Positions 56,201 to 64,000 of a stretch of 64,000 nt of DNA are shown piece after piece. The DNA is taken from NCBI GenBank assembly GCA_030390025.1, contig CM059434.1, positions 45,446,001 to 45,510,000 on the forward strand, given 5' to 3'. This DNA is from Squalus acanthias. Lineage: Eukaryota. Below the pieces are notes generated by a model that worked only from the letters and a program-made list of their open reading frames with translations, did no database searches and was not told where the DNA came from. A program made the translations under genes and the position numbers. Position 1 is the stretch's first letter. The number at the start of each line of letters is the position of its first letter.

Positions 56201-59200
56201 CAACCAGAATTGTATGCAATAGTCCAATGTGGTCTAACCAAGCTTTGATACAAGTTTCGCTTTTCAATTCTATCCCTCTGGAAATAAACCCTCGTGCTTG
56301 GTTTACTTTTTTTATGGACTTATTAACCTGCGTTGTTACTTTTAGTGATTTGTGTATTTGTACTCCGAGATCTCTTTGCTCTTATCATTTACATTCTTAT
56401 TTTCCAAGTAATATGTGAACTCCTTATTTTTCTTACCAAACTGTAATACATTCATCTGTGTTTTTTAGATCTAAGTAGGCTCCATTTTTCATGGCAACAA
56501 TCTGGCAACACCAGCATTGCTCGAGGTAAAAGCTGGCACAGACACGATGGGTCAAATGGCCTCCTTCTGTTGTTATTTTACATCTATACTTCTGTTTCCC
56601 CTGCCATTTTCATTCTTTGATCAAAAGAATACAGTGTTAGACTGTGACACTGCTACAAGTTTCAGGTCTGCCTTAGATATTCTCTTGGGTACAGTGATGC
56701 TGGTCACTCCCATAAGCAGTCTGAGCATCTTCTGTTCAGGACTGTGCCCATACTGCCCAATATTTAATTATATGACCGCATAACTTGGGTATAACAATAG
56801 GGCCCCATTGTTACTTGAAGTGGATAGTGAGTCTTTTTCATATGTCCTCAAGTGCTCTTCACCAATCTTTCTGAAGAAGAACTGGAAACATTTTAGTGAG
56901 ATGAGGCCAGATACAAATTGTTCAACTGCATTATTTTACAGATAGCAAGCTAGATGTGCAGAGCAACACATGTAGCCAAATCTCACCTTGATTTAACAAT
57001 CTACAGAACCCTATTTGGGAACAGGAAAAATAACAAGAATATACCGAACTATCTCTATTAGCAGGCTAGCGTCACTCTTTCTGGTCAGCCTTCTGATTCT
57101 GAATGGCTCTGGGTTTGAGATGAGCAATTTTTACTCACGAGACCGACTTGGCTGCATCGACCTGAAACATTGGGCTGGATTTTGATCCTGGGGCGGGTTG
57201 GGGTCGTGTTTTTCGTGTTATCCACCCGACTGCAATTGGATGTGGGAGATTGATGTGATTTTCACCTAATTGGGCAATTGAGTTCCAGCATGTGGGAACC
57301 CATGACCCAATTAGTGTTTTCAGTCTGAAAGTCGCCTCTGATGATGTCATCATTGCTGCTGCATTGAAGGTCTGCAAAGACTGCCTGGCCTTTGCTGTGA
57401 GAGGACCTGGATGCAAAATGAGCAGCAGCAGCCCAAAGTCTGCTCCCAGATATTTTTGCACCACCACTCCCAGATATGTCTCCCTTGCACCACCACTCCC
57501 AGATATGTCTCCCTTGCACCACCACTCCCAGATATGTCTCCCTTACACCACCACTCCCAGATATGTCTCCCATTCACCACCACTCCCAGATCAGCCAGCC
57601 AGCTATCCAAATGTGCTCCCGCCAGCTTTCACATTCGTGTTTCAGAACAGGCGTGCTTCACGTAGAAAAAGGGTTAAAATCACAAAGGCCTTTCAAAATG
57701 GCATTGTAGAGGCAATTTAGTGCTTGTTAAGGGCCTTAACAACCTATCCCGCCTCTTAGAGGCGGGACGGAGTCAGGACCAGCAGACACGATTTAATGAA
57801 AATTGCGTGGAGGCGGGATGGAGGCGGGCTTGTGCCTGCCCGCCAGTTTTCGCAATTTTAACCCCCCACACGCCTCCAAACCCGCCTCCACGGGTCAATG
57901 AAAATCCAGCCCATTAACTCTGTTTCTCTCTCTACAGATGCTGCCTGACCTGCTGAGTATTCCAGCATTTTCTGTTTTTATTTCAGATTTCCAGCATCCG
58001 CAGTATTTTGCTTTTGTGTTTGGCTGAATTACGGCCCCGTCTTGCCCTGTCCTTTTTCTCAGTGTTTCCAATAAGTGAGGGGGTTTTCCCTCTTACTTCT
58101 TCCTTGTTCAGGAATTCACCAGTAGGCCTGTCAACCAAACCAACAATCCGATCTCCCAAGAGTATGTCCTCAGCAAATTCACTCTAGGCTTTTGTTAATA
58201 GAAACATTCCCACCTGAATAGGTGTGAATGGTCCTGAAATCTCTAAACTAACTTTCATTGTTTAAAGCACTCTGGTTCAGACTCCTTGTCTGAATTTTAA
58301 GCAACATTTCCCAGCTCTGCTGTTCTGTTAATTTAACCCCTTGATAGTTATAATTAAACTAATAGCCTCATTTTAATGTATATTACACCAATAGCCTTGC
58401 CTGGAGGCAGTCGGAAATAAAGCAAAATATATAATTAACCTTATCCTGTAAAGTTGTCCTCATTCTAACACTTTTCACCACAGGAGAAACACACCCTGAC
58501 GATAGCAAAATACTGCGGATGCTGGAAATCAGAAATAACAACAGAAAACGCTGGAAAAACTCAGCAGGCCAGGCAACATCCATGGAGAGAGAAAGAGAGT
58601 TAACGTTTCAGGTCGAAACCCTTCGTCGGAACTAAGAGAGCAAGAAATAAACAGATAAAAATGCAAGGGGGAGGCTGGGGGGAGGAATAAAAGAACAAAA
58701 GGGATGGTCTTTAGTGAGTAGAGACATTAAGAGATGCTCAAGGCAAGACGAGATGGTAATGGACAGGTTGAGAAACAAAAGGTAAGGTGTGAAATGCTGG
58801 CAGAATCAGAGACAGCTGCCGTGGGGGGAGAGAGAGAAAAAAAGGAAAAAGGCACGGACCAAAAGAGTGGATAAAATGTATACATATGTGGTAGGGGCCG
58901 GGGTTATGATCTGAAATTGTTGAACTCGATATTGAGTCCGGAAGGCTGTAAAGTGCCTAAACTGAAGATGAGGTGCTGTTCCTGGAGCTTACGCTGCGCT
59001 TCCGTGGAACAATGCAAGAGGCCGAGGACGGTGAGGTCTGAGTGAGCGTGGAGGGGTGAATTAAAATGACAAGCGACCGGAAGCTCGGGGTCACCCTTCC
59101 GGACTGAACGGAGGTGTTCCGCAAAGCGGTCACCCAATCTGCGTTTGGTCTCCCCAATGTAGAGGAGACCACATCGTGAGCAGCGAATACAGTATACTAG

Positions 59201-62200
59201 ATTGCAAGAAGTACAAGTAAATCGCTGTTTCACCTGGAAGGGGTGTTTGGGGCCCTGGAGAGTGGGAAGGGGGGATGTATAAGGGCAGGTGTTGCATCTC
59301 CTGCGCTTGCACGGGAAGGTGCCGGGTGAAGGGGAAGGGGTGCTGGGGGTGATAGAGGAGTGGACTAGGGTGTCTCGGAGGGAGCGGTCCCTATGGAATG
59401 CTGAAAGGGGAGGTGAGGGGAAGATACGTTTGGTGGTGGGATCACGTTGGAGGTGGCGGAAATGGCGGAGGATGATCCGTTGAATGTGGAGGCTGGTGGG
59501 GTGAAAGGTGAGGACAAGGGGAACTCTATCGTGGTTCCGGGAGGGAGTGATGGCTTTGTTTCCTTCCAGTGTTTTTCTGTTACTCAGAGGCATTGAAAAG
59601 ATGTGGAATTTTGGCAGAGTATTCTATTAGCACCCCCTGGCCTATTCTTACTGCAACTGCCAGTGCCTAAATTATACTTTACATTCAAGCAATTTTTTAT
59701 GATGTGATCTGAATCATGTTGGAACATAAATGGGACGTATTAAATAATTTAATACTCTGCTTTCATAAGGAAAACATAAAACAGGGGGAAATACCACTCA
59801 AGTAACCAAGCTGTGGAATTCTGCCAGTACTACTCCAAACTAGTTGTCAAAGGCAGATTTAATTCAGCAAGAGAGGTCTACTGGCAGTTAACATTTTCAG
59901 AGGGCCAAGTCTTCATTATTCTAAGATTCTCCAATGAGGAGGCAAGCTGAAAATTAATGACATTTCCCCTTTGAAGAAGCGACATTTTGTTCAACTGAAT
60001 ACTTGTGTTTTCTTTCAATATTGACCAACAGTATTATCGCTGCTCTTTCTGCTCGTTTACACTATGGGGTTTACCCTACTTACAGTGTTATTTACTTTGC
60101 ATTAATGTAGAATCAAAGAAAACCTTTACAGGAGAAGAAAGCAATACTGAGGAAACAAAGCAAGACACCGATGATAACTGCAGGCAAGGAGACGAGTTGC
60201 AGGAAAAAAATAATCGGGAAACTGAAGGTGGAATTAGTAGCAAAGGTATCTGATCTAATGAAAAGAATTTGTTATTTAATTAACGTGAAAAAGATGCAGG
60301 AAAGGAATACATTAATGCAACTCTACATTGTAGACTTTAAAGGGGAAAAGATGTCGAGGGTAGGTACTTTTATTTCAAATTACTCATATTTATGTGGAAC
60401 GAAACAATAGTTTCATCACAAATTTCATTGAGTACTATATTTTTAAAAACTAACAACTTTATTTTTGAAATGGGGACTGTCAAGTAGAATTTCCCATCCT
60501 GGTACGGTGCTACATTAACGTTATATATGGCCACAGCCCATGCATTCTACAGTGGTTGCTTTGCAAACAGTGAAGGCCAAGACCTCAAAATGTCCCACTA
60601 GTTGCTCAAAATCCGTCAGATCCCAGGGGAACTTGCTACAAGCCACAAAATCTGCATCCTCCATCTTTAGCATGATTACCTGAGGTTGGGCAGTTCCGAA
60701 GTAGCTCTTAGGCCTGTTTGAAGTAATGCACACCAAGACATCTACACCGTCTTCATTTGCTTCCACACTACTCCAAAATGCTTTTCGTAATTCATGTCAC
60801 TGGAGTGGCCTTGCAGGGAGGGAGACTCCATTTGGGGTGTTTGTGTTGGCAAAAAATTGGTGGTTTTATAAATGTCAAAGGAATTTATGGTAAGACTGTT
60901 ATTTTCTTCTATAAAAAGAGATAACACTTTGAACAAAACAGTACCTCCCCCTTAAACATTTCTTGAACAAAATTCTGGAAATTTTAGTTGATTCATTTTA
61001 CAAATGCAGATGACAGATGGAGTCAAATAACCTGTTCAAAATTCAACTGTTCTCCGTTACCTGGTATCAATTGTTCTGAAGTGAATTAGATGGTAGTCAA
61101 TGAATAATACCATCCATATCTGTGATATTTCTGTTGCCTTTCTACTGGTTTTGCACTATTTTCAATGTTCCTTCCTTTGCATAAATGCAGAATCAAAACC
61201 TAAGGGTATGGGAGAAGCAAAAGGAGACAATGAAGCAGAAAATACCCTTCAAGCTCAGACTGAGGAAGAAGGTAGGTCTCCAGTAGTAAACAAGGCTGCA
61301 GAAAACAATAAAAAATTGAATGTAGAACGGATGGTGAAAGTATAAAATGGAGTGATGTGATAAAACAGAAAGGATTTTCATTGGACTTGGAAGTGATGAA
61401 GGAATGGAGCACAGTGATGAAAGTCATTATTGTATGATAACAAAATGCTGAAAAGTTGAGAATAAAATACACACTGAAGATCAATCACTAGGTTAATTCT
61501 ACAAAAAAAATGATAAATGCAATTGAATATTATTAGTACAAAAGCAAAATACTGCGGATACTGGAAATCTGAAATAAAAACAAAAAATGCTGGGAATGCT
61601 TAGCAGGTCAGGCAGCATCTGTGGAGAGAGAAACAGAGGTAACGTTTCAGGTCAATGACCTTTCATCCGAACTGGATAAAGTTCGAGATGTAACAGGTTT
61701 TAAGCAAGTACTGAGGCAGGGAAAGTGGAGAGGGGAGGAAAGAACAAAAGGGAAGGTCTGTGATAGGGTGGAAGGCAGGAGAGATTACATGACAAAAGGG
61801 ATGATGGTGCAAGGCAAAAGTAGATGGTAATGGGGCAAGTAAAGTAAAGTGCAGTTATGAAAGTTACAGCATGTAATTTACACAAACCCCTGCACACATG
61901 ATGGTGGAAATGTCCAGCTGGAAATCACGGCACCAGCATAAAGATATCTTGAAATATTATTTCCCTTCAGCATTACTGAGTAACCCGCTGGGCCACGACA
62001 GAGTGCAGTTAAGGCTCAACCACACTGGTGTGGGAGTGGAATCAGATATAGGCTAGACCGCATAAAGATTGCAGGTTTCATTCCCTAAAGGATATTAGTT
62101 AACCAGTTGGGTTTTTAGAACAAACTGACAGATTCATGGTCACTTTTATCTCCACATTTCTCAACCAGCCATGGTGGGACTTGAACTCACGTTCTCCGGA

Positions 62201-63998
62201 TTATTAGTCCACTAACAGTACCACTATGGTGCCAGACCCATATTCTATTATTGGTGCTGCCCTCTTAACCCTTACATCACAAATGTCTATGCCGGTTTGA
62301 GGAATTTACCCTAATTGCTATCTCTTAACTTTTCTGTTGCTGCTGTTATCATTTTTGATATTCAGGTGACATTCTGCAAATTCAGTACAAATAACACAGA
62401 GTAAACATAGCTGAAAAGCTGGAAAGTAATTATTAATAATGATTATGACAGTTTTCACTTGAAGATGAACAATAACCCGACATTTGGTTCTGCTTCATTA
62501 CACTTGGGCAGTGAAAGATTTGAGACAATTGTTTCATTAAAGAGGTCGCAAAAATCTCTACTACAAGGAGCCTAAACTTGGATTTAGAATGATGTACTTT
62601 TAAAATTGTCACATTCAGGATCCAAGTGCTATGAACTCAGGTTAGTTTGTGTGCTGGCTAATAGATTTTGACTGCATTGTCGTTTAAGGACAAACAAAAC
62701 CAAAGGAAAGTGAAGCAGGTATTGACAGAGCATTTCCTGAGAAGAAGATTCCTCAATCTGAAAGAGGTAAATACTGATGCCAACTACATAATTTCCAATC
62801 TTTTCAGTACAATCTGAACACACACAGTCATATATTTTGTAACAATGATAATTTCAAAGTTTCAAAAGTTGGTTCAGTATCATGGAAGATGTTCCAGAAC
62901 AGTCAATGAGATGCAGATGTAAAGGAGACCATTCTAGAGTTATGTACATCAAGGTCCCACAAATAGCAAACAAAAAGAATGCCAGTTTATTCTGTTTTTT
63001 TGATGGCATTGATTGAGGCAGAAACATTGTTCACAATAACCAAAGAGCACCCTGTTCTTCTTGGAACATCCACCTGAGCAGACAGATGGGTCCTTAGTTT
63101 AATGCAACATTTTAAAAATGGCACCTTCAACTATGCAGTACTCCCTCATTATAGCACTGAAGTGTCACCTGGATTATGTGTTCATGTCCGATGGTGGAGC
63201 TTGAATTCACAACCTTATGACTCAAAAACAAGAGTGCTACCAACTTAGACAACTGGATAACTAAAGGTCATGTAGGAGGGTCTCTGTGACAGGTTCTAGC
63301 TAAATACTCACAATGGTGAATGCTCTCCATTCGCCATTAACTTATTGGCTGCTGAGTACTGAATTATCTAAGGTTTTCTGACCATATAACACTAAGAACT
63401 GTCTGTACATTCCAATGACCTCAGCTCAGTAACCATTAAAACAGTGAACTCAGGCCCATGAGTTCAATAAATGTAGCTATTAATTCAGTTCATAATTTGT
63501 GTCTGAACAAGAACACATAGGAGATAGTTAGAACATAACATTTATATTACATTAATGCTTTTTGTTCTGTAGTTCCTCCTACAATTAGTGATATTAAGAT
63601 ACCGCATGAAATCAAAGACGGCGAGGAAGCCCAGCTGAGTTGGGAAGTTACTATGTTCAGTCCTGCGGTCGTGAATGTTGTTACATCCCTGAAGAGGAAA
63701 GGGGAGCAGGAAGCAAAGAAATTATATCACTGGAAACTGACAGGAAAAAAATTGTTAGGTGTAATGAGTGTATACAGTCCCCTCACAAATGTACAAGTTT
63801 TATGCAAGGAAGATGATTCCTTCAGTGCTGAGGTGCCAGAATTACAACGTACAGCTGAAGGCACTTTCAGAATACGCTGCGAAGTTACACTGTACCCTGA
63901 TATATCCAAGGATGATGGTGCTGAGTTAATCATTGAAGTTGATCATGACACGCCTGGGGAAGTTTGGACTAAAAGTGCAGTACTGAACATTACAGCAG
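14166..63998 (+). CDS. NCR3LG1: B7-H6/NCR3LG1-like type I membrane receptor with a long cytoplasmic tail of tandem Ig-like domains (multi-exon, 3' incomplete)
   Basis: Hand-assembled exons, all phase 1 with GT-AG and no stops: 14166-14214, 21855-22190, 23933-24253, 26704-26808, 33726-33818, 39631-39747, 40454-40534, 48536-48613, 51186-51263, 52119-52535, 54142-54276, 54690-55115, 60111-60245, 61191-61271, 62689-62766, 63573-63998. V-C1-TM core is firm; joining of the tail exons is inferred. Confidence 0.7.
16734..16770 (+). ncRNA. Minimal type I hammerhead ribozyme motif
   Basis: AGTT-CTGATGA-A-AGGTC(ATC)GACCT-GAAAC-GTT-AACT: core, stem II, palindromic stem III, 4-bp stem I. Confidence 0.75.
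16738..16866 (+). mobile_element. Short Penelope-terminal-repeat insertion inside CR1
   Basis: Flanked by duplicated CCACTAGTT (16729-37, 16867-75); matches the PLE ends at 23210 and 58500. Confidence 0.85.
19680..20217 (+). mobile_element. L2 LINE 3' fragment
   Basis: [23 protein letters not shown]; tail aaaggtgctatataaatgcaag(ttg)n. Confidence 0.8.
20268..21212. repeat. ~130-bp inverted repeat pair (20268-20396 / 21084-21212)
   Basis: Arms are reverse complements; they also yield homologous ORF text on opposite strands ([17 protein letters not shown]). Confidence 0.9.
21855..22190 (+). CDS. NCR3LG1: IgV exon of B7-H6-like gene
   Basis: tttttaaag|AT..TCAG|gtaagg, 336 nt; [44 protein letters not shown] resembles B7-H6 V-domain motifs (RPGA, GDASL.LP, D.G.Y.C). 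Confidence 0.92.
22723..22893. repeat. 19-bp minisatellite x9 (cctcctctcactgggtgta)
   Basis: Directly visible. Confidence 0.95.
23210..23828 (-). mobile_element. Penelope-like element 3' fragment (GIY-YIG C-terminus + terminal repeat)
   Basis: [35 protein letters not shown]. Confidence 0.9.
23276..23312 (-). ncRNA. Minimal type I hammerhead ribozyme motif in PLE terminal repeat
   Basis: Reverse complement reads agtt CTGATGA a aggtcatcgacct GAAAC gtt aact. Confidence 0.75.
23933..24253 (+). CDS. NCR3LG1: IgC1 exon of B7-H6-like gene
   Basis: ctacacag|CT..CAAG|gtgagt, 321 nt; [30 protein letters not shown] are C1-set signatures. Confidence 0.92.
24856..25997 (-). mobile_element. CR1 LINE 3' part
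   Basis: ORF 25199-25942 encodes RT C-terminal half; CR1 3' UTR. Confidence 0.95.
26100..26560 (-). mobile_element. Old degraded CR1 fragment
   Basis: [20 protein letters not shown] motif. Confidence 0.6.
26704..26808 (+). CDS. NCR3LG1: Transmembrane exon ([35 protein letters not shown])
   Basis: tttacag|AA..AACG|gtaagc, 105 nt; ~22 hydrophobic residues followed by basic stop-transfer residues. Confidence 0.88.
26870..27460 (-). mobile_element. 3' fragment of a second non-LTR retrotransposon family (duplicated at ~40760-41355)
   Basis: [31 protein letters not shown]-terminal-like text; 3' tail shared with the SINE at 32705. Confidence 0.7.
29385..30233. mobile_element. Harbinger-type MITE in CR1
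   Basis: Perfect TIR GGGGGGCGATTTT / AAAATCGCCCCCC; 3-bp TSD CAC. Confidence 0.88.
30292..30920. mobile_element. Solo LTR inserted in CR1 ORF2
   Basis: TGTAAGA...TCTTACA ends; 4-bp TSD AATC/AATT; removing it restores CR1 [14 protein letters not shown]. Confidence 0.75.
31953..32582 (-). mobile_element. Harbinger remnant with Myb/SANT-like ORF fragment
   Basis: [22 protein letters not shown]; end aaaatcgacccc. Confidence 0.7.
32705..33125 (+). mobile_element. tRNA-derived SINE with LINE-derived tail
   Basis: A box tggcatagtag, B box gagttcaaact; 3' ~100 nt homologous to the LINE tail at 26870-26965. Confidence 0.75.
33305..33720 (+). mobile_element. Deu-domain SINE (SacSINE1/AmnSINE1-like)
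   Basis: Recognised from memory: gtctttcggatgagatgttaaactgaggcccc..aaaagatcccatggcactatttcgaagaagagcagggga..; L2-type tail. Confidence 0.8.
33726..33818 (+). CDS. Cytoplasmic linker exon 1 ([31 protein letters not shown])
   Basis: ttctttccag| ... GCAG|gtaagc, 93 nt, phase 1-1, open. Confidence 0.7.
34185..35108 (+). mobile_element. Degraded CR1 3' part
   Basis: RT motif [16 protein letters not shown], 3' UTR. Confidence 0.88.
35700..37635 (-). mobile_element. Harbinger transposon remnant with intron-containing Myb/SANT-like accessory gene
   Basis: [36 protein letters not shown] plus downstream Met-rich coiled-coil ORF; no transposase seen. Confidence 0.75.
39631..39747 (+). CDS. Cytoplasmic linker exon 2 ([39 protein letters not shown])
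   Basis: pyrimidine tract + gcag| ... GCAG|gtaata, 117 nt; in-frame tandem acceptor 12 nt downstream. Confidence 0.7.
40454..40534 (+). CDS. Cytoplasmic linker exon, type C ([27 protein letters not shown]); alternative donor at 40588 gives 135 nt
   Basis: catttag| ... GAAG|gtgagt, 81 nt; same length and ends as 61191-61271; the 135-nt form matches the length of 54142-54276. Confidence 0.65.
40627..40701 (+). pseudogene. Duplicated 5'-truncated TM exon ([25 protein letters not shown]), possible cryptic exon
   Basis: Near-identical to 26734-26808; keeps the gtaagc donor; catcag at the duplication junction lacks a pyrimidine tract. Confidence 0.6.
41478..44940 (-). mobile_element. Duplicated CR1 with ORF1 N-terminus (Cys-rich + esterase)
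   Basis: ORF 43906-44934 [27 protein letters not shown]. Confidence 0.92.
42812..42937 (-). mobile_element. Short PLE terminal-repeat insertion, present only in duplicate copy 2
   Basis: Absent at the paralogous site ~28915; hammerhead truncated at stem II. Confidence 0.85.
46974..47712. mobile_element. Harbinger-type MITE
   Basis: TSD AAT; empty paralogous site at ~50410. Confidence 0.85.
48536..48613 (+). CDS. Linker exon type A copy 1 ([26 protein letters not shown])
   Basis: tttaag|..AGAG|gtaatt, 78 nt; three homologous open copies in the window. Confidence 0.65.
48765..49640. mobile_element. Harbinger-type MITE (right end also at 46024-46185)
   Basis: ggccacgatttt / aaaatcacggcc; no TSD. 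Confidence 0.75.
51186..51263 (+). CDS. Linker exon type A copy 2 ([26 protein letters not shown])
   Basis: tttcag|..AGAG|gtaaat, 78 nt. Confidence 0.7.
51475..51805 (-). mobile_element. Degraded Deu-SINE (duplicate at ~62930-63260)
   Basis: Reverse-complement similarity to 33305-33720. Confidence 0.6.
52119..52535 (+). CDS. Disulfide-less C1-like Ig domain exon, copy 1 (139 aa)
   Basis: ttttgtag|TTCCTCCT..GCAG|gtaatt; [41 protein letters not shown] aligns to the C1 pattern with both Cys replaced. Confidence 0.8.
54142..54276 (+). CDS. Linker exon type B copy 1 ([24 protein letters not shown])
   Basis: aatgtag|..AAAG|gtatct, 135 nt. Confidence 0.65.
54690..55115 (+). CDS. Disulfide-less C1-like Ig domain exon, copy 2 (142 aa)
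   Basis: Same splice sites as copy 1; open; 426 nt. Confidence 0.8.
55643..56458 (-). mobile_element. CR1 3' fragment inserted in Ig repeat unit 2 only
   Basis: YCIQFW..TRGH..FFTQRVV; empty site at ~53043. Confidence 0.9.
57172..57912. mobile_element. Harbinger-type MITE with internal 29-bp minisatellite, inserted in a PLE terminal repeat
   Basis: Perfect TIR GGGCTGGATTTT/AAAATCCAGCCC, TSD ATT; (ctcccagatatgtctcccttgcaccacca)~5 at 57443-57591. Confidence 0.9.
58500..59555 (-). mobile_element. Penelope-like element 3' part (GIY-YIG endonuclease + terminal repeat)
   Basis: ORF 58904-59593: [35 protein letters not shown]. Confidence 0.93.
60111..60245 (+). CDS. Linker exon type B copy 2
   Basis: Near-identical to 54142-54276, same splice sites. 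Confidence 0.65.
61191..61271 (+). CDS. Linker exon type C copy ([27 protein letters not shown])
   Basis: ttcctttgcataaatgcag|..GAAG|gtaggt, 81 nt. Confidence 0.65.
61538..61840 (-). mobile_element. PLE terminal repeat fragment
   Basis: aaaagcaaaatactgcggatactggaaatc..; decayed hammerhead at 61637-61673. Confidence 0.8.
62689..62766 (+). CDS. Linker exon type A copy 3 ([26 protein letters not shown])
   Basis: tttaag|..AGAG|gtaaat, 78 nt. Confidence 0.7.
63573..63998 (+). CDS. Disulfide-less C1-like Ig domain exon, copy 3 (142 aa)
   Basis: ttctgtag|..GCAG|gt at the window end; open; contains SVYSPL and TLYPDI. Confidence 0.8.
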
Positions 63999-64000
63999 GT

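Overview
Eukaryotic, repeat-rich vertebrate DNA. The repeat families (CR1 LINEs, Deu-domain SINEs, Penelope-like elements, Harbinger MITEs) point to a cartilaginous fish; this is inference. One spliced + strand gene can be rebuilt by hand across most of the window and runs off its right end: a B7-H6 (NCR3LG1)-like receptor. It has leader, IgV, IgC1 and TM exons, followed by at least 12 symmetric phase-1 exons. These encode charged linkers and three tandem, disulfide-less C1-like Ig domains on the predicted cytoplasmic side (>=985 aa in total if all exons are used). The tail appears to be growing by tandem exon duplication. It has a hypervariable Tyr-motif loop, two Ig units destroyed at a transposon, and a duplicated cryptic second TM exon. 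The introns hold nested CR1, L2, Harbinger, LTR and Penelope elements. The Penelope terminal repeats carry minimal hammerhead ribozyme motifs (2 intact, 4 decayed). Exon models rest on GT-AG sites, frame and homology only; there is no transcript evidence.
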